This document shows, piece after piece, positions 1-10,204 of a stretch of 40,000 nt of DNA (position 1 is its first letter; every line of letters starts with the position of its first letter). The stretch lies in the NCBI GenBank assembly GCA_947589215.1, contig CANQCL010000009.1, positions 13,303-53,302 of the forward strand. The letters run 5' to 3'. The translations under genes and the position numbers were made by a program. The notes under the pieces are model-generated. The model did not search any database. It saw nothing but the letters and a program-made list of their open reading frames with translations, and was not told the origin of the DNA. This stretch comes from an uncultured Clostridia bacterium. GTDB lineage: Bacteria > Bacillota > Clostridia > Oscillospirales > Ruminococcaceae.

Positions 1-1566
1 CTCAGACTTTCTGCTTTGCATTTCCTCATCGCTTATCTCAACATTTATCTTGTTAGCAGGAATATCAATAGAAATAATATCTCCTTCTTTAACAAGCGCA
101 ATAGGTCCTCCTACCGCAGCTTCGGGAGAAACGTGTCCGATTGCAGCACCCCTTGTAGCTCCTGAAAATCTGCCGTCGGTGATAAGCGCAACGCTCTCGC
201 CTAGACCCATTCCCATAATAGCAGAAGTAGGATTGAGCATCTCTCTCATTCCCGGTCCGCCCTTTGGTCCTTCATAACGAATAACAACAACGTCGCCCGG
301 ATTTATCTTTCCGCCCAGAATTGCATTCATTGCGTCCTCCTCACAGTCAAACACCCTTGCAGGACCTGAATGTGAAAGCATCTCAGGCGCAACTGCCGAG
401 CGCTTTACAACACAGCTGTCCGGAGCTAAATTTCCTCTCAAAACAGCAATTCCACCCGTTTTGGAATAAGGATCATCAATATCCCTAATAACATTGGTAT
501 TCTTATTTTTGCAGTCCTTTATATTCTCTCCCACTGTTTTTCCTGTGCAGGTAATGCAGTCGGTGTTAAGAAGATTTTTCTTTGAAAGCTCGTTCATAAG
601 CGCATATACTCCGCCTGCTTCGTTAAGCTGCTCCATATAGGTGTTTCCGGCAGGTGCAAGGTGACAAAGGTTAGGCGTTCTGTCGCTGATTTCATTTGCT
701 ATATCTAAATTTAACTCTATTCCGCACTCGTGTGCAATAGCCGGAAGGTGAAGCATTGAGTTTGTTGAACAGCCCAAAGCCATATCGCAGGCAAGAGCAT
801 TCATAAATGCCTTTTCAGTCATTATATCTCTAGGCTTTATATCCTTTTTCAAAAGCTCCATGATCTGCATACCTGCGTGCTTTGCAAGCTCTATTCTCTC
901 TGAATATACAGCAGGAATAGTTCCGTTGCCTTTAAGTCCCATTCCAAGAACCTCTGTAAGGCAGTTCATTGAATTTGCCGTATACATTCCCGAACAAGAA
1001 CCGCAGGTAGGACAGCCGTGTTTTTCATATTCGTCAAGCTTTTCAGCGCCTATCTTGCCTGCGTTAAATTCGCCGACCGCTTCTGAAATACTTGAAAAGC
1101 TAGTCATCTTTCCATCAACGTGTCCTGCGAGCATCGGACCTCCCGAAACAAATATCGTAGGTATATTGACCCTTGCCGCCGCCATTAAAAGTCCCGGTAC
1201 GTTCTTGTCGCAGTTTGGAACCATAACAAGCGCATCAAATGCGTGGGCTATCGCCATAGCCTCAGTTGAATCGGCAATAAGGTCACGGGTAACAAGACTG
1301 TACTTCATTCCCTGATGTCCCATAGCGATTCCGTCGCAAACGGCTATCGCAGGGAAAACAATAGGAGTTCCTCCTGCCATTGCGACCCCAAGCTTTACGG
1401 CATCTACTATTTTATCAATATTCATATGACCAGGTACTATCTCGTTATATGACGATACAATACCAACCAACGGTCTTGAAATCTCCTCTCTTGTCAGTCC
1501 CAGTGCATGATATAACGCGCGGTGCGGAGCGTTATTTGCTCCTTCTTTTATGTTGTTGCTTATCAT
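1..1566 (-). CDS. ilvD: dihydroxy-acid dehydratase, C-terminal end cut by the window edge
   Basis: Absent from the ORF track because it runs off the window. Reverse-strand translation from ATG at 1566 reads [24 protein letters not shown]...[24 protein letters not shown]. The same frame at the window edge reads [22 protein letters not shown]...[22 protein letters not shown]. These are IlvD/Edd family hallmarks. Plus-strand ORFs 50..277, 860..1315 and 1380..1631 are antisense shadows of this gene. Confidence 0.93.
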   Translation of the reverse strand, partial: MISNNIKEGANNAPHRALYHALGLTREEISRPLVGIVSSYNEIVPGHMNIDKIVDAVKLGVAMAGGTPIVFPAIAVCDGIAMGHQGMKYSLVTRDLIADSTEAMAIAHAFDALVMVPNCDKNVPGLLMAAARVNIPTIFVSGGPMLAGHVDGKMTSFSSISEAVGEFNAGKIGAEKLDEYEKHGCPTCGSCSGMYTANSMNCLTEVLGMGLKGNGTIPAVYSERIELAKHAGMQIMELLKKDIKPRDIMTEKAFMNALACDMALGCSTNSMLHLPAIAHECGIELNLDIANEISDRTPNLCHLAPAGNTYMEQLNEAGGVYALMNELSKKNLLNTDCITCTGKTVGENIKDCKNKNTNVIRDIDDPYSKTGGIAVLRGNLAPDSCVVKRSAVAPEMLSHSGPARVFDCEEDAMNAILGGKINPGDVVVIRYEGPKGGPGMREMLNPTSAIMGMGLGESVALITDGRFSGATRGAAIGHVSPEAAVGGPIALVKEGDIISIDIPANKINVEISDEEMQSRKSE

Positions 1567-2101
1567 ACTTCTTTTTCTCCTTATCATTAAATTTATTTAT
1601 TTCTTTTATAATGTTCTTTACAACTGTGTAAACAGGTACTCCGCCGCTTACGGTAATTACACTGTTTCTTATGTAAAGTCTTTTTCTTTTGTCAAAAAGC
1701 CTTTTTAAATCCTCTCTTTTTGAATTATAAGCCAGCGGTCTGTTTTTATCTCCCTTTATACGATTATAGCATACTGAAAACTTTGTATCAATAAAAACAG
1801 GTATTCCAAACTTCTTGGCGGCACGTCCGTTTTCCTCACGCAAAAGCGCTCCGCCGCCTGTGGCTATTACACCTTTTTCATTTCCTAACTTCTTTATCGT
1901 TTCTGTTTCCAGATTTCTGAAATACTCTTCGCCTTCGGCTTCAAATATTTCGCTTATGCTTCTGCCCTCTTGTTTTTCGATATAGTCGTCCATATCAATA
2001 AAACTGCACTTTAAAGCGCAAGCTAGTCTTTTTCCCACAGTTGATTTTCCGCAGCCCATAAAGCCGCAGAGAAATATTGGTTTCATAATCTTTAAATACA
2101 C
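1532..2101 (-). CDS. aroK: shikimate kinase
   Basis: P-loop GFMGCGKST near the N-terminus and the expected size. The start is GTG 2101 or ATG 2086 (MKPIFLCGF). A Lys/Arg-rich C-terminal tail overlaps the ilvD start by 35 nt. Confidence 0.88.
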   Translation of the reverse strand: MYLKIMKPIFLCGFMGCGKSTVGKRLACALKCSFIDMDDYIEKQEGRSISEIFEAEGEEYFRNLETETIKKLGNEKGVIATGGGALLREENGRAAKKFGIPVFIDTKFSVCYNRIKGDKNRPLAYNSKREDLKRLFDKRKRLYIRNSVITVSGGVPVYTVVKNIIKEINKFNDKEKKKYDKQQHKRRSK

Positions 2102-2142
2102 TCCATTAAGGAGTATTACCTCCTGACATTTTCATAGTAAAA

Positions 2143-2991
2143 CTACTTAAAATCTCTCTTTACAATTTCATTCATCTCATCTATTATGCCGTTCACTTCA
2201 TCAATAGTATACTCGTCTCTGTCCCATATCTTATGAGCCGATACCGCCTGCCATACCAGCATTGCCATTCCGCCGATTGCTTTTTTGCCCATCTCCTTTG
2301 CCTTTTTCAAAAGCAATGTCTCTTCAGGATTATACACAATATCGAAAACCGCATCGCACTTTTCAATTACTTCATCTGATACAGGACAAGCGTCAACCTT
2401 TGGATACATACCCACAGGGCAGGCGTTTACAAGCAAATCATACTGCTTGTTTGTATCGATTTTAGTGTTCAAAACTATATTTACCTTTGCGTCAGACTTA
2501 ATAGCCTTTATCTCCTTTTCAACCTGAATTGCAAGCGGCATATCAGATTCCAATACGGCAATATTCAAACTAGCTCCTGCCAGTGCCGACTCAATAGCTA
2601 TCATTCTTCCTGCTCCGCCGCAGCCGATAAGCAAGACCTCTCCCGATAGCTTTGCGCCCATTGAACGCACCGTCTCTAAAAAACCGTCGCAATCGGTGTT
2701 GTAGCCTGTTGTTATGCCGTTTTTATTGTCAACACAGTTTACCGAATTATATCTCTTTGCCGACTCGTCCAGCCTGTCAATTTGATCTATGATCGCTACT
2801 TTGTGAGGTATAGTAATATTGTAGCCAGCCATAGAATTAAGCTCGTCTGCGCTTGACTTCAAATCCTGCGGACTTATCTCTCTTACCTCATACTCAAACT
2901 CACGGTTTCTAAGCTCAAACAGCCTTTTGTGAATTGGCGGAGACATTGTATGCTTTAATGTCTCTCCTAAAATACAGTATTTGCGTTCCAT
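2143..2991 (-). CDS. aroE: shikimate 5-dehydrogenase
   Basis: 282 aa. Carries YNTDCDGF (the NTDxxGF motif) and a GCGGAGR Rossmann loop. It lies directly upstream of aroK. Confidence 0.9.
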   Translation of the reverse strand: MERKYCILGETLKHTMSPPIHKRLFELRNREFEYEVREISPQDLKSSADELNSMAGYNITIPHKVAIIDQIDRLDESAKRYNSVNCVDNKNGITTGYNTDCDGFLETVRSMGAKLSGEVLLIGCGGAGRMIAIESALAGASLNIAVLESDMPLAIQVEKEIKAIKSDAKVNIVLNTKIDTNKQYDLLVNACPVGMYPKVDACPVSDEVIEKCDAVFDIVYNPEETLLLKKAKEMGKKAIGGMAMLVWQAVSAHKIWDRDEYTIDEVNGIIDEMNEIVKRDFK

Positions 2992-3019
2992 TTCTATGTA
3001 TTAGTCCTTTCGTATGTAA

Positions 3020-3502
3020 TCACAGTTTAATCTCGACAGTTCTTGAAGTGGGAGAATACTCTTTATACCTTACTCCTGCCATATCAAACATTCGTTTAGA
3101 GGCTATCACTTCTTCAGTATTAGAGTATTTATCCTCCATATAAATGACCTCTTTTATTCCGCTTTGAATTATAGCCTTTGCACATTCATTGCACGGGAAA
3201 AGCGACACATATATTTTAGAGTTCTTAACCGAACCTGTAGAGCTGTTTAAAATCGCATTCAGCTCTGCGTGGCACACAAACGGATACTTAGTATCAAGAG
3301 TGCTCTCGCCCTCTCTAGCCCAAGGCATTTCATCATCATTACAGCCTGTGGGCATTCCGTTATAGCCTACCGAAAGTATCTTGTTTTCATTTGACACTAT
3401 ACACGCTCCCACCTGTGTGTTTGAATCCTTTGAGCGCTGTGCCGAAAACAAGGCTATACCCATAAAATACTCGTCCCACGAAATATAATCGGTTCTTTTC
3501 AT
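3020..3502 (-). CDS. deoxycytidylate (dCMP) deaminase, ComEB-like
   Basis: 160 aa with the cytidine/dCMP deaminase zinc motifs HAELNAI and PCNECAKAI. Confidence 0.88.
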   Translation of the reverse strand: MKRTDYISWDEYFMGIALFSAQRSKDSNTQVGACIVSNENKILSVGYNGMPTGCNDDEMPWAREGESTLDTKYPFVCHAELNAILNSSTGSVKNSKIYVSLFPCNECAKAIIQSGIKEVIYMEDKYSNTEEVIASKRMFDMAGVRYKEYSPTSRTVEIKL

Positions 3503-3514
3503 ATTCTTTCACTC

Positions 3515-3649
3515 CTATTGCGGCTTTAACTTTTCACCGTCTAACTCTTCATCATCAAAAGTTTCCTCAATCTCAAGCCCAAGCTCCTCAAAAAGCCTGT
3601 CGAATTCAGCTTCCGATTCTATTTTATCTTTCGTATTAAAAAGTCCCAT
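3515..3649 (-). CDS. possible small acidic protein (44 aa), below the ORF-track size cutoff
   Basis: Hand translation gives MGLFNTKDKIESEAEFDRLFEELGLEIEETFDDEELDGEKLKPQ. An AAGGAG lies about 9 nt upstream of the ATG at 3649, and the ORF fills the gap between glcK and the deaminase. I recognise no family. Confidence 0.3.
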   Translation of the reverse strand: MGLFNTKDKIESEAEFDRLFEELGLEIEETFDDEELDGEKLKPQ

Positions 3650-3690
3650 AACAGCCTTGCTCCTTACACTTATTAGACTTATTAGAATTT

Positions 3691-4656
3691 CTATTTCTGA
3701 TTTTCCTTAGCAAGCCCCAAGAAAGCCGCACCTATTAAACCTGCGTTATTGCCAAGCTTCGCTATAACTATCTCGGTATTCTTAGGTGAGTTTCTTGTGT
3801 AAACTTCCCTCTCCACAATCTCCTTCATAGGCACAAGCAACGGATCTCCCTCGTTACAGACGCCGCCGCCGATACACAGTATATCAGGCTGAAAAATGTT
3901 GATTGTATTTGTAATTCCTGCCGCAAGATACTTTATATATTTATCCACGACGTCTTTTGCCGTCTTATCGCCCTTTCTCATAGCCTCAAACGCAAGCCTT
4001 GCACTTACCTTGCCGTACTCCTCTGCCATTTTGTGCATTATGCTGTCGGTGTTTCTGTCCATAGCCTCTTTGGTCATTCTAACAAGACCCGTCGCCGATG
4101 AGAAAACCTCGAAACAGCCCTTTCTTCCGCAGGTACACTGAGGTCCGTCTACATCTATGACCATATGACCTATTTCTGCTCCTGCATAATTAAATCCCGA
4201 ATATATCTTTCCGTCAATAATTATTCCTCCACCAACTCCTGTTCCAAGAGTTATGCATACAGCGTCTCTAGCTCCCTTTGCTGCACCTGCAACATACTCA
4301 CCATATGCTGCGGCGTTAGCATCGTTTTCTATATATACAGGCAGATTTAACTTCTGCCTGAACATCTTCTCCATCTCAACATTTTCAAAACCCAAATTGC
4401 ACGAATACTCTATTACTCCGCTGTCTGAATTTGCAATTCCCGGAGTTCCTATTCCGATGCTTTCAATATCATCTATGCTAAGCCCTGCTGACTCTATAGC
4501 TCCTTTGGTTACCGATATCATATCGTCACATATCTCCCTCGCAGGACGAGGAAGGTTGGTCTTTGTCTTAGCTTTAGATACGATTTCAAAATCCTCATTT
4601 ATTACACCGGCGGCTATATTCGTTCCGCCGAGATCTATTCCAACATAATACTTCAT
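3691..4656 (-). CDS. glcK: ROK-family glucokinase
   Basis: 321 aa. N-terminal GIDLGGTN ATP-binding motif and the ROK zinc motif CTCGRKGCFE. Confidence 0.88.
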   Translation of the reverse strand: MKYYVGIDLGGTNIAAGVINEDFEIVSKAKTKTNLPRPAREICDDMISVTKGAIESAGLSIDDIESIGIGTPGIANSDSGVIEYSCNLGFENVEMEKMFRQKLNLPVYIENDANAAAYGEYVAGAAKGARDAVCITLGTGVGGGIIIDGKIYSGFNYAGAEIGHMVIDVDGPQCTCGRKGCFEVFSSATGLVRMTKEAMDRNTDSIMHKMAEEYGKVSARLAFEAMRKGDKTAKDVVDKYIKYLAAGITNTINIFQPDILCIGGGVCNEGDPLLVPMKEIVEREVYTRNSPKNTEIVIAKLGNNAGLIGAAFLGLAKENQK

Positions 4657-4754
4657 CTATTTAATTCTCCCGAACATCTATAATCATACTTATACATAGT
4701 GTATAATATCATATTATACCATTAAAGTCAAATTAAATACGGTTTAATCGTCTT

Positions 4755-5090
4755 TCATCTTTTCGGTATGTAAACGGTCAGTCTTTTATTATTCTGTATG
4801 CAAAAATCTATGACATACTTTGTACCGCGCGATTGCCCGTCCCAAAAAGCAATTACTTTATCACTGTAATCTACAATCAGATTATTGCGGATAAGCGGTG
4901 CTTTTCTTCCGTATTTTTTATATTCAGGCAGAAATTCCGTCAGTATCAGCTTGTTGTGAAATGCGTATTCCCTTGCACAGGTGTCAACTCCTTTTGCCCC
5001 TCCAGATACAATTTCCGTTGTATTTTCCGGCAGATATTTTTTTAAATCTTTTACTCTTATACTTCTTGAACCTATTACTGCAACTTTCAT
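4755..5090 (-). CDS. SLOG / DprA-like Rossmannoid protein (DUF2493-type)
   Basis: Reads MKVAVIGSRS...VSGGAKGVDTCAREYA...VIAFWDGQSRGTKYVI. AGGAG lies 8 nt upstream of ATG 5090; the track start at 5108 is a GTG extension. Confidence 0.7.
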   Translation of the reverse strand: MKVAVIGSRSIRVKDLKKYLPENTTEIVSGGAKGVDTCAREYAFHNKLILTEFLPEYKKYGRKAPLIRNNLIVDYSDKVIAFWDGQSRGTKYVIDFCIQNNKRLTVYIPKR

Positions 5091-5202
5091 TTTAAAGTCT
5101 CCTAACACTAAAAATCATATGTAAGCTATGCATAGACTATAATAGTATCACACATAGCCTATAATTGCAAATTTTTTTGTATATCATAATTAATAATAAA
5201 TA

Positions 5203-5463
5203 ATGAATGGAGTATTAATTATGGATACGATTACAGCGGTAAAAAACAGAATTTTTCAGCTTTGTGATAAGCATAATATTTCAATTAACAAACTGGCTAA
5301 CATATGTGCTTTGCCTCCGTCATCTGTTAAGAATATTCTATATGGAAAAAGTCAAAATCCAAAGCTGCTTACGATTAAAATGATTTGCGATGGACTTGGT
5401 ATAACCCTATCAGAATTTTTCAATACTGATGATTTTAATAATTTAGAGCAAGAAATTAAATAG
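5203..5463 (+). CDS. XRE-family helix-turn-helix transcriptional regulator
   Basis: HTH segment ISINKLANICALPPSSVKNILYGKSQNPKLLTIKMICDGLGITLSEFF. The more likely start is ATG 5221, which has GGAG 8 nt upstream. Confidence 0.8.
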   Translation: MNGVLIMDTITAVKNRIFQLCDKHNISINKLANICALPPSSVKNILYGKSQNPKLLTIKMICDGLGITLSEFFNTDDFNNLEQEIK

Positions 5464-5506
5464 ATAATTTTATAATTTTAACGTGTTTCTTTTTTAATAA
5501 AATTCA

Positions 5507-5528
5507 AGAGTTATTACAACTCTGTTTT
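5507..5528 (+). terminator. weak intrinsic terminator after the XRE gene
   Basis: AGAGTT-attac-AACTCT hairpin followed by GTTTT. Confidence 0.4.
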
Positions 5529-5600
5529 AACTCTAATTATACATATAACTCCATAAAAAGTCTATAATAAATTTAAAATAAAATTATTAAGGAGTTATTT

Positions 5601-5780
5601 ATGAAAAAGGAAAGACATTTTGGATTAAGAATTGATGATGAATTACTAAGAAAATTTCATTATGTGTGTGACTACAACGGTCGCTCAGCTAACGGACAAA
5701 TTTTATATCTAATTAGAAAATGTGTTAAAGAATTTGAAAATGCTGAGGGTGAAATAAAGGTTGAGCTTGAAAACAGATAA
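5601..5780 (+). CDS. ribbon-helix-helix (CopG/Arc-like) DNA-binding protein, 59 aa, missed by the ORF track
   Basis: Hand translation gives MKKERHFGLRIDDELLRKFHYVCDYNGRSANGQILYLIRKCVKEFENAEGEIKVELENR. The layout is beta-strand (FGLRID) then helix (ELLRKFHYV) then helix (SANGQILYLIRKCV). AAGGAG at 5589..5594 sits 6 nt before the ATG. Confidence 0.7.
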   Translation: MKKERHFGLRIDDELLRKFHYVCDYNGRSANGQILYLIRKCVKEFENAEGEIKVELENR

Positions 5781-5879
5781 TATAAGTACAACTTATACAA
5801 ATTATCAAAAATATATATTTTACTTATACAAGAATATGTGATATACTATACTGTAAGAATTAATAAAGGAGATTGTTTT

Positions 5880-7142
5880 ATGGGTATGACTATGACTCAA
5901 AAGGTGCTTGCCGCACACGCTGGTTTGGATAGCGTAAAGGCAGGAGACCTGATTATGGCAAATTTGGATATGGTACTCGGAAACGATATCACCTCTCCTG
6001 TTGCCATAAACGAATTTAACAAAGCCGGCTTTGACAGTGTTTTTGACGGAAGTAAAATCTCTATGGTTATGGATCATTTTGCTCCGAACAAGGATATTAA
6101 AGCTGCAACTCAGTGCAAGCAGTGCAGAGATTTCTGCGGAGAGCTTGGAGTTAAGAACTTCTTTGACGTTGGAGATATGGGCGTTGAGCACGCTATACTT
6201 CCCGAAAAAGGACTCGTAGCGCCCGGCGACTTGGTTATCGGCGCTGATTCTCACACTTGTACATACGGTGCGTTGGGTGCGTTCTCAACAGGAGTTGGCT
6301 CAACAGATATGGCTGCCGGAATGGCTACAGGCAAGGCTTGGTTTAAAGTACCTCCTGCTCTAAAGTTTAATATTACAGGAAAGCTAAACAAGTGGGTTTC
6401 GGGCAAGGACGTTATTTTGCACATTATCGGTATGATAGGCGTAGACGGCGCATTGTACAAGTCAATGGAGTTCTCGGGCGAGGGACTTAAAAACCTCACT
6501 ATGGAGGACAGACTTTGTATGGCTAATATGGCTATCGAAGCAGGCGCAAAAAACGGAATCTTTGCAGTTGACGAGGTTACGCTTGATTTTGTCAAGGATA
6601 AGGTTTCAAAGGAATTCAAGGTGTATGAGGCTGATGCAGACGCCGAATATGAAAAGGTTTATGATATTGACCTTTCACAAATAAAGCCTACTGTATCTTT
6701 TCCGCATTTACCGGAAAACGCTAAAACCTTCGACGAGTTCGGCGATATAAAGATAGATCAAGTGGTTATCGGCTCATGTACAAACGGAAGAATCGAAGAC
6801 CTACGTGCCGCTGCTGAAATTCTCAAAGGCAAAACGGTCGCAGACGGCGTAAGATGTATAGTAATCCCTGCAACTCAGAAGATTTATCTTCAAGCAATGG
6901 AAGAGGGACTTTTGAAAATATTTATCGACGCAAGATGCGCGGTTTCAACACCTACCTGCGGTCCGTGTCTGGGAGGACATATGGGCATTCTTGCAAAGGG
7001 TGAAAGAGCCGTTGCTACAACAAACAGAAACTTTGTCGGAAGAATGGGACATCCTGAAAGTGAAGTTTATCTAGCTTCACCTGCTGTTGCTGCGGCATCG
7101 GCAGTTACAGGAAAGATTTCTCAGCCAACAGAAGTAATGTAG
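5880..7142 (+). CDS. leuC: 3-isopropylmalate dehydratase large subunit
   Basis: Aconitase-family large subunit with Fe-S ligand motifs [11 protein letters not shown] and GSCTNGR...CGPCLG. The start is ATG 5880 ([10 protein letters not shown]) with AAGGAG upstream; the track start at 5838 is an upstream extension. Confidence 0.93.
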   Translation: MGMTMTQKVLAAHAGLDSVKAGDLIMANLDMVLGNDITSPVAINEFNKAGFDSVFDGSKISMVMDHFAPNKDIKAATQCKQCRDFCGELGVKNFFDVGDMGVEHAILPEKGLVAPGDLVIGADSHTCTYGALGAFSTGVGSTDMAAGMATGKAWFKVPPALKFNITGKLNKWVSGKDVILHIIGMIGVDGALYKSMEFSGEGLKNLTMEDRLCMANMAIEAGAKNGIFAVDEVTLDFVKDKVSKEFKVYEADADAEYEKVYDIDLSQIKPTVSFPHLPENAKTFDEFGDIKIDQVVIGSCTNGRIEDLRAAAEILKGKTVADGVRCIVIPATQKIYLQAMEEGLLKIFIDARCAVSTPTCGPCLGGHMGILAKGERAVATTNRNFVGRMGHPESEVYLASPAVAAASAVTGKISQPTEVM

Positions 7143-7151
7143 AAAGGTGGT

Positions 7152-7640
7152 ATGAATATGAAAGCACTAGGAAAAGTACACAAATACGGCGACAACGTAG
7201 ATACAGACGTTATCATACCTGCAAGATACTTAAACACAGCAGATCACAAAGAACTGGCCTCACACTGTATGGAGGACATAGACATCGACTTTGTAAAGAA
7301 GGTCAAGAAAGGCGATATTATGGTAGCGGAAGCTAATTTCGGCTGCGGTTCATCTCGTGAGCACGCACCAATCGCTATTAAAGAGAGCGGGATATCCTGC
7401 GTTATTGCAAAGACGTTCGCCAGAATTTTCTACCGCAATGCAATCAATATCGGACTTCCTATTATTGAGTGTCCCGAAGCTGCTGAAAACATCAGCGACG
7501 GTGACGAGGTAGAAATTGATTTTGACAGCGGTATAATTACCAACAAAACTAAAGGTGAAAGCTATCAAGGACAGCCTTTCCCTGAGTTTATAAAAAACAT
7601 TATAAATAAGAACGGTCTTTTAAATTCACTAAAAGGCTAG
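7152..7640 (+). CDS. leuD: 3-isopropylmalate dehydratase small subunit
   Basis: 162 aa. Swivel-domain motif [10 protein letters not shown]. Immediately follows leuC. Confidence 0.92.
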   Translation: MNMKALGKVHKYGDNVDTDVIIPARYLNTADHKELASHCMEDIDIDFVKKVKKGDIMVAEANFGCGSSREHAPIAIKESGISCVIAKTFARIFYRNAINIGLPIIECPEAAENISDGDEVEIDFDSGIITNKTKGESYQGQPFPEFIKNIINKNGLLNSLKG

Positions 7641-7653
7641 TGGAGGTATTATT

Positions 7654-7968
7654 ATGATTATTTTAACAATCGACAGTATACCCGGAAAAGAAATTGAAGC
7701 GTTAGGTCTTGTTAAAGGAAGCACAGTTCAGTCAAAGAATATGTTCAAGGATATGGGACAGGGCTTTAAGAGCATGGTCGGCGGAGAGCTTAAAAGCTAC
7801 ACCAAGATGATGAACGAGTCAAGAGAGATAGCTACAAAAAGAATGATCGAAGAAGCTCAAAGCATGGGCGCTGACGCAATAATCGGAGTAAGATTTGCAA
7901 CTTCATCAGTATTACAGGGTGCGTCTGAAATTATGGCATTCGGCACTGCTGTAAAAATCAAAGGTTAA
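7654..7968 (+). CDS. ybjQ: YbjQ/UPF0145 family protein
   Basis: 104 aa. The pattern ...[40 protein letters not shown]... is typical of the YbjQ family. Confidence 0.8.
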   Translation: MIILTIDSIPGKEIEALGLVKGSTVQSKNMFKDMGQGFKSMVGGELKSYTKMMNESREIATKRMIEEAQSMGADAIIGVRFATSSVLQGASEIMAFGTAVKIKG

Positions 7969-7984
7969 TCGAGGAGACTTAAAT

Positions 7985-9058
7985 ATGAATAAGAAAATCG
8001 CAGTAATCAAGGGAGACGGAATAGGTCCTGAAATTGTCAATGAAGCTGAAAAGGTATTAAACAAGGTTGGAGAAAAGTATGGTCACACATTTGAGTATAC
8101 AGATGTTTTAATGGGCGGCTGTGCTATTGACGCAACAGGCGTTCCCCTGCCACAGGAAACAATAGATATATGTCTTGCATCAGACAGCGTTTTATTAGGC
8201 GCTGTGGGCGGTCCGAAATGGGACACACTTCCGGGAAATCTTCGTCCTGAAGCAGGACTGCTCGGCATTAGAGGTGCAATGAAGCTGTTTGCAAACATTC
8301 GTCCTGCTAAATTAATACCTGCTCTTGCAGGGGCTTGCCCGCTCAAAGACGAGATAACCAAAAACGGTCTTGATCTTGTTATAGTTCGTGAACTTATCGG
8401 CGGAGCATATTTCGGTGAGCGTGACACTCACGTTGACGAAAACGGCGTAAAGCACGCAAGCGATTCAATGGCTTATGCCGACTACGAAGTTGAGAGAATC
8501 TGTCGTGTGGCATTTGATATGGCAAGAAAAAGAGGCAAAAAGGTCCACTCGGTCGACAAAGCAAACGTACTTGATTCATCACGTTTATGGAGAGAGGTTG
8601 CACACAAGGTAGCAGAGGAATATCCGGACGTTGAGTTTCAAGACATTTTAGTCGACAACACAGCTATGCAGCTTGTACACAATCCCGCCCAGTTTGACGT
8701 AATGGTAACCGAGAACCTGTTCGGAGACATTCTTTCAGATGAGGCTTCAATGATCACAGGCTCGCTGGGTATGATACCATCAGCGTCACTTGGCGAAGGC
8801 TCACTGGGACTTTACGAGCCTATTCACGGTTCTGCGCCTGATATTGCAGGGCAAAACAAGGCTAATCCTCTTGCTACAATTCTCTCTGTAGCAATGATGC
8901 TCCGCTACTCATTTGATATGAGCAAAGAAGCTGACTCTATAGAGGATGCAGTTGACAAGGTTCTGGCAGACGGCTACCGCACAGGCGACATTATGTCTGA
9001 GGGTATGAAGTGCGTTTCGTGCAGTGAGATGGGAGATTTAGTGGCTGACAGAATATAA
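7985..9058 (+). CDS. leuB: 3-isopropylmalate dehydrogenase
   Basis: 357 aa. Motifs [34 protein letters not shown] and [14 protein letters not shown]. Confidence 0.94.
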   Translation: MNKKIAVIKGDGIGPEIVNEAEKVLNKVGEKYGHTFEYTDVLMGGCAIDATGVPLPQETIDICLASDSVLLGAVGGPKWDTLPGNLRPEAGLLGIRGAMKLFANIRPAKLIPALAGACPLKDEITKNGLDLVIVRELIGGAYFGERDTHVDENGVKHASDSMAYADYEVERICRVAFDMARKRGKKVHSVDKANVLDSSRLWREVAHKVAEEYPDVEFQDILVDNTAMQLVHNPAQFDVMVTENLFGDILSDEASMITGSLGMIPSASLGEGSLGLYEPIHGSAPDIAGQNKANPLATILSVAMMLRYSFDMSKEADSIEDAVDKVLADGYRTGDIMSEGMKCVSCSEMGDLVADRI

Positions 9059-9085
9059 ATACAACTCTAAAATCTACAAATATAG

Positions 9086-9126
9086 AAAACGGCAAGGACT
9101 AATCATTTGTCCCTGCCGTTTTTTTA
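9086..9126 (+). terminator. intrinsic terminator of leuB; its 3' arm lies inside the queH coding end
   Basis: AACGGCAAGGAC-loop-GTCCCTGCCGTT (one mismatch) followed by a T7 run. Confidence 0.6.
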
Positions 9127-9749
9127 TTTCTTTCACGCTCTGCTTTTGAATATACACATCCGCAGTAATCCTGACGATACAGATTATATTTTCTTGAAAG
9201 CTCAATAGAACGCTTATATCCATTTTTCTTTTTAAAGTCGCTTGGAAGCCATTTAACTCCTCCGTACTCCCCTGCCAGACGCTCGCCTATTTCATTTAGC
9301 TTTTCTGCGTTTTTATAAGGGCTTATTGAAAGAGTCGTTGTGAAATATTCAAACCCGTTTTTCTTAGCATATTCTATAGCTTTTCGCAGCCTTATTTCAT
9401 AGCATTTAAAACATCGCTCGCCGCCCTCAGGGATATCCTCCATTCCCCTAACCTCATCATAAAATTCTCTGTCGTTATACTTGGGAATTTCTATATTGAT
9501 TTCTTTGTCAAGCGGCATCTCAGAAACCAGCCTTTTAAGCTCGCTTACTCGGTATTCAAACTCAGACTTTGGGCTGATATTCGGATTGTAATACAAAAGC
9601 GTAATATCAAAATACTGTGAAAGATACTCCAAAACATAACTAGAACAAGGCGCACAGCAACTGTGAATCAACAATCTTGGTTTATTACCCTTTTTACACG
9701 AACTTTCCTTTATTATGTTTTCAAGCTCTTTGCTGTAATTTCTTTTCAT
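9099..9749 (-). CDS. queH: epoxyqueuosine reductase QueH (DUF208)
   Basis: 216 aa. HSCCAPCS motif near the N-terminus, CFKCY in the middle and QDYCGC near the C-terminus. Confidence 0.85.
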   Translation of the reverse strand: MKRNYSKELENIIKESSCKKGNKPRLLIHSCCAPCSSYVLEYLSQYFDITLLYYNPNISPKSEFEYRVSELKRLVSEMPLDKEINIEIPKYNDREFYDEVRGMEDIPEGGERCFKCYEIRLRKAIEYAKKNGFEYFTTTLSISPYKNAEKLNEIGERLAGEYGGVKWLPSDFKKKNGYKRSIELSRKYNLYRQDYCGCVYSKAERERNKKTAGTND

Positions 9750-9930
9750 TACTTTTCTCCGTAAAACAAAATAAATTCAGATATTTGAACACATTAATTA
9801 TACCCTTGTACGTTATGCTTGTCAAACATAACGATGCTTAAACTACCATAATTTATTTGCATTTTTTAGAATGATAATAAGCTCGCTCGCATATATATGT
9901 TATGAAAACGACATCGGGGAGTTGGGTATT

Positions 9931-10203
9931 ATGAATTTTTCAGGAGATACAGACCGTTCAATAATACTGGGACAATACATAGTTGATAATAAGTGTACAG
10001 TTAGAGCTTGTGCAAAGGCATTCGGGATCAGCAAAAGTACAGTGCACAAGGACGTAAGTGAAAAGCTTCAAAAGACAAAACCTCAGCTATACAAAGAGGT
10101 AAAGAAAATTCTTGACTTTAACAAAAGCGAAAGGCACATAAGAGGCGGTATGGCTACAAAGCATAAATACGAAGAACAGAAGCTAAAAAACAATTCACAG
10201 TAA
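9931..10203 (+). CDS. spoIIID: sporulation transcriptional regulator SpoIIID
   Basis: Reads ILGQYIVDNKCTVRACAKAFGISKSTVHKDVSEKL...KSERHIRGGMATKHKY. Start at ATG 9931 with GGGGAG upstream, giving about 90 aa; the track start at 9871 is an extension. Confidence 0.9.
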   Translation: MNFSGDTDRSIILGQYIVDNKCTVRACAKAFGISKSTVHKDVSEKLQKTKPQLYKEVKKILDFNKSERHIRGGMATKHKYEEQKLKNNSQ

Positions 10204-10204
10204 A

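Noticed and set aside
50-1631. Plus-strand track ORFs 50..277, 860..1315 and 1380..1631
   Set aside because: They lie antisense to an uninterrupted, clearly recognisable ilvD reading frame. Their translations are low-complexity, have no motifs and have no ribosome-binding sites.
5820-6254. Minus-strand 144-aa ORF, and the upstream extension of leuC to 5838
   Set aside because: The minus-strand ORF is antisense to leuC. The leuC homology begins at [10 protein letters not shown] (ATG 5880), which has a proper SD; the 14 codons upstream are AT-rich promoter sequence.
9750-9930. A sigma-E-type promoter for spoIIID (CATATATAT near 9888 resembling CATACAnT)
   Set aside because: Only the -10-like element is arguable and I could not place a convincing -35 at the right spacing. 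This is too weak to report as a feature.
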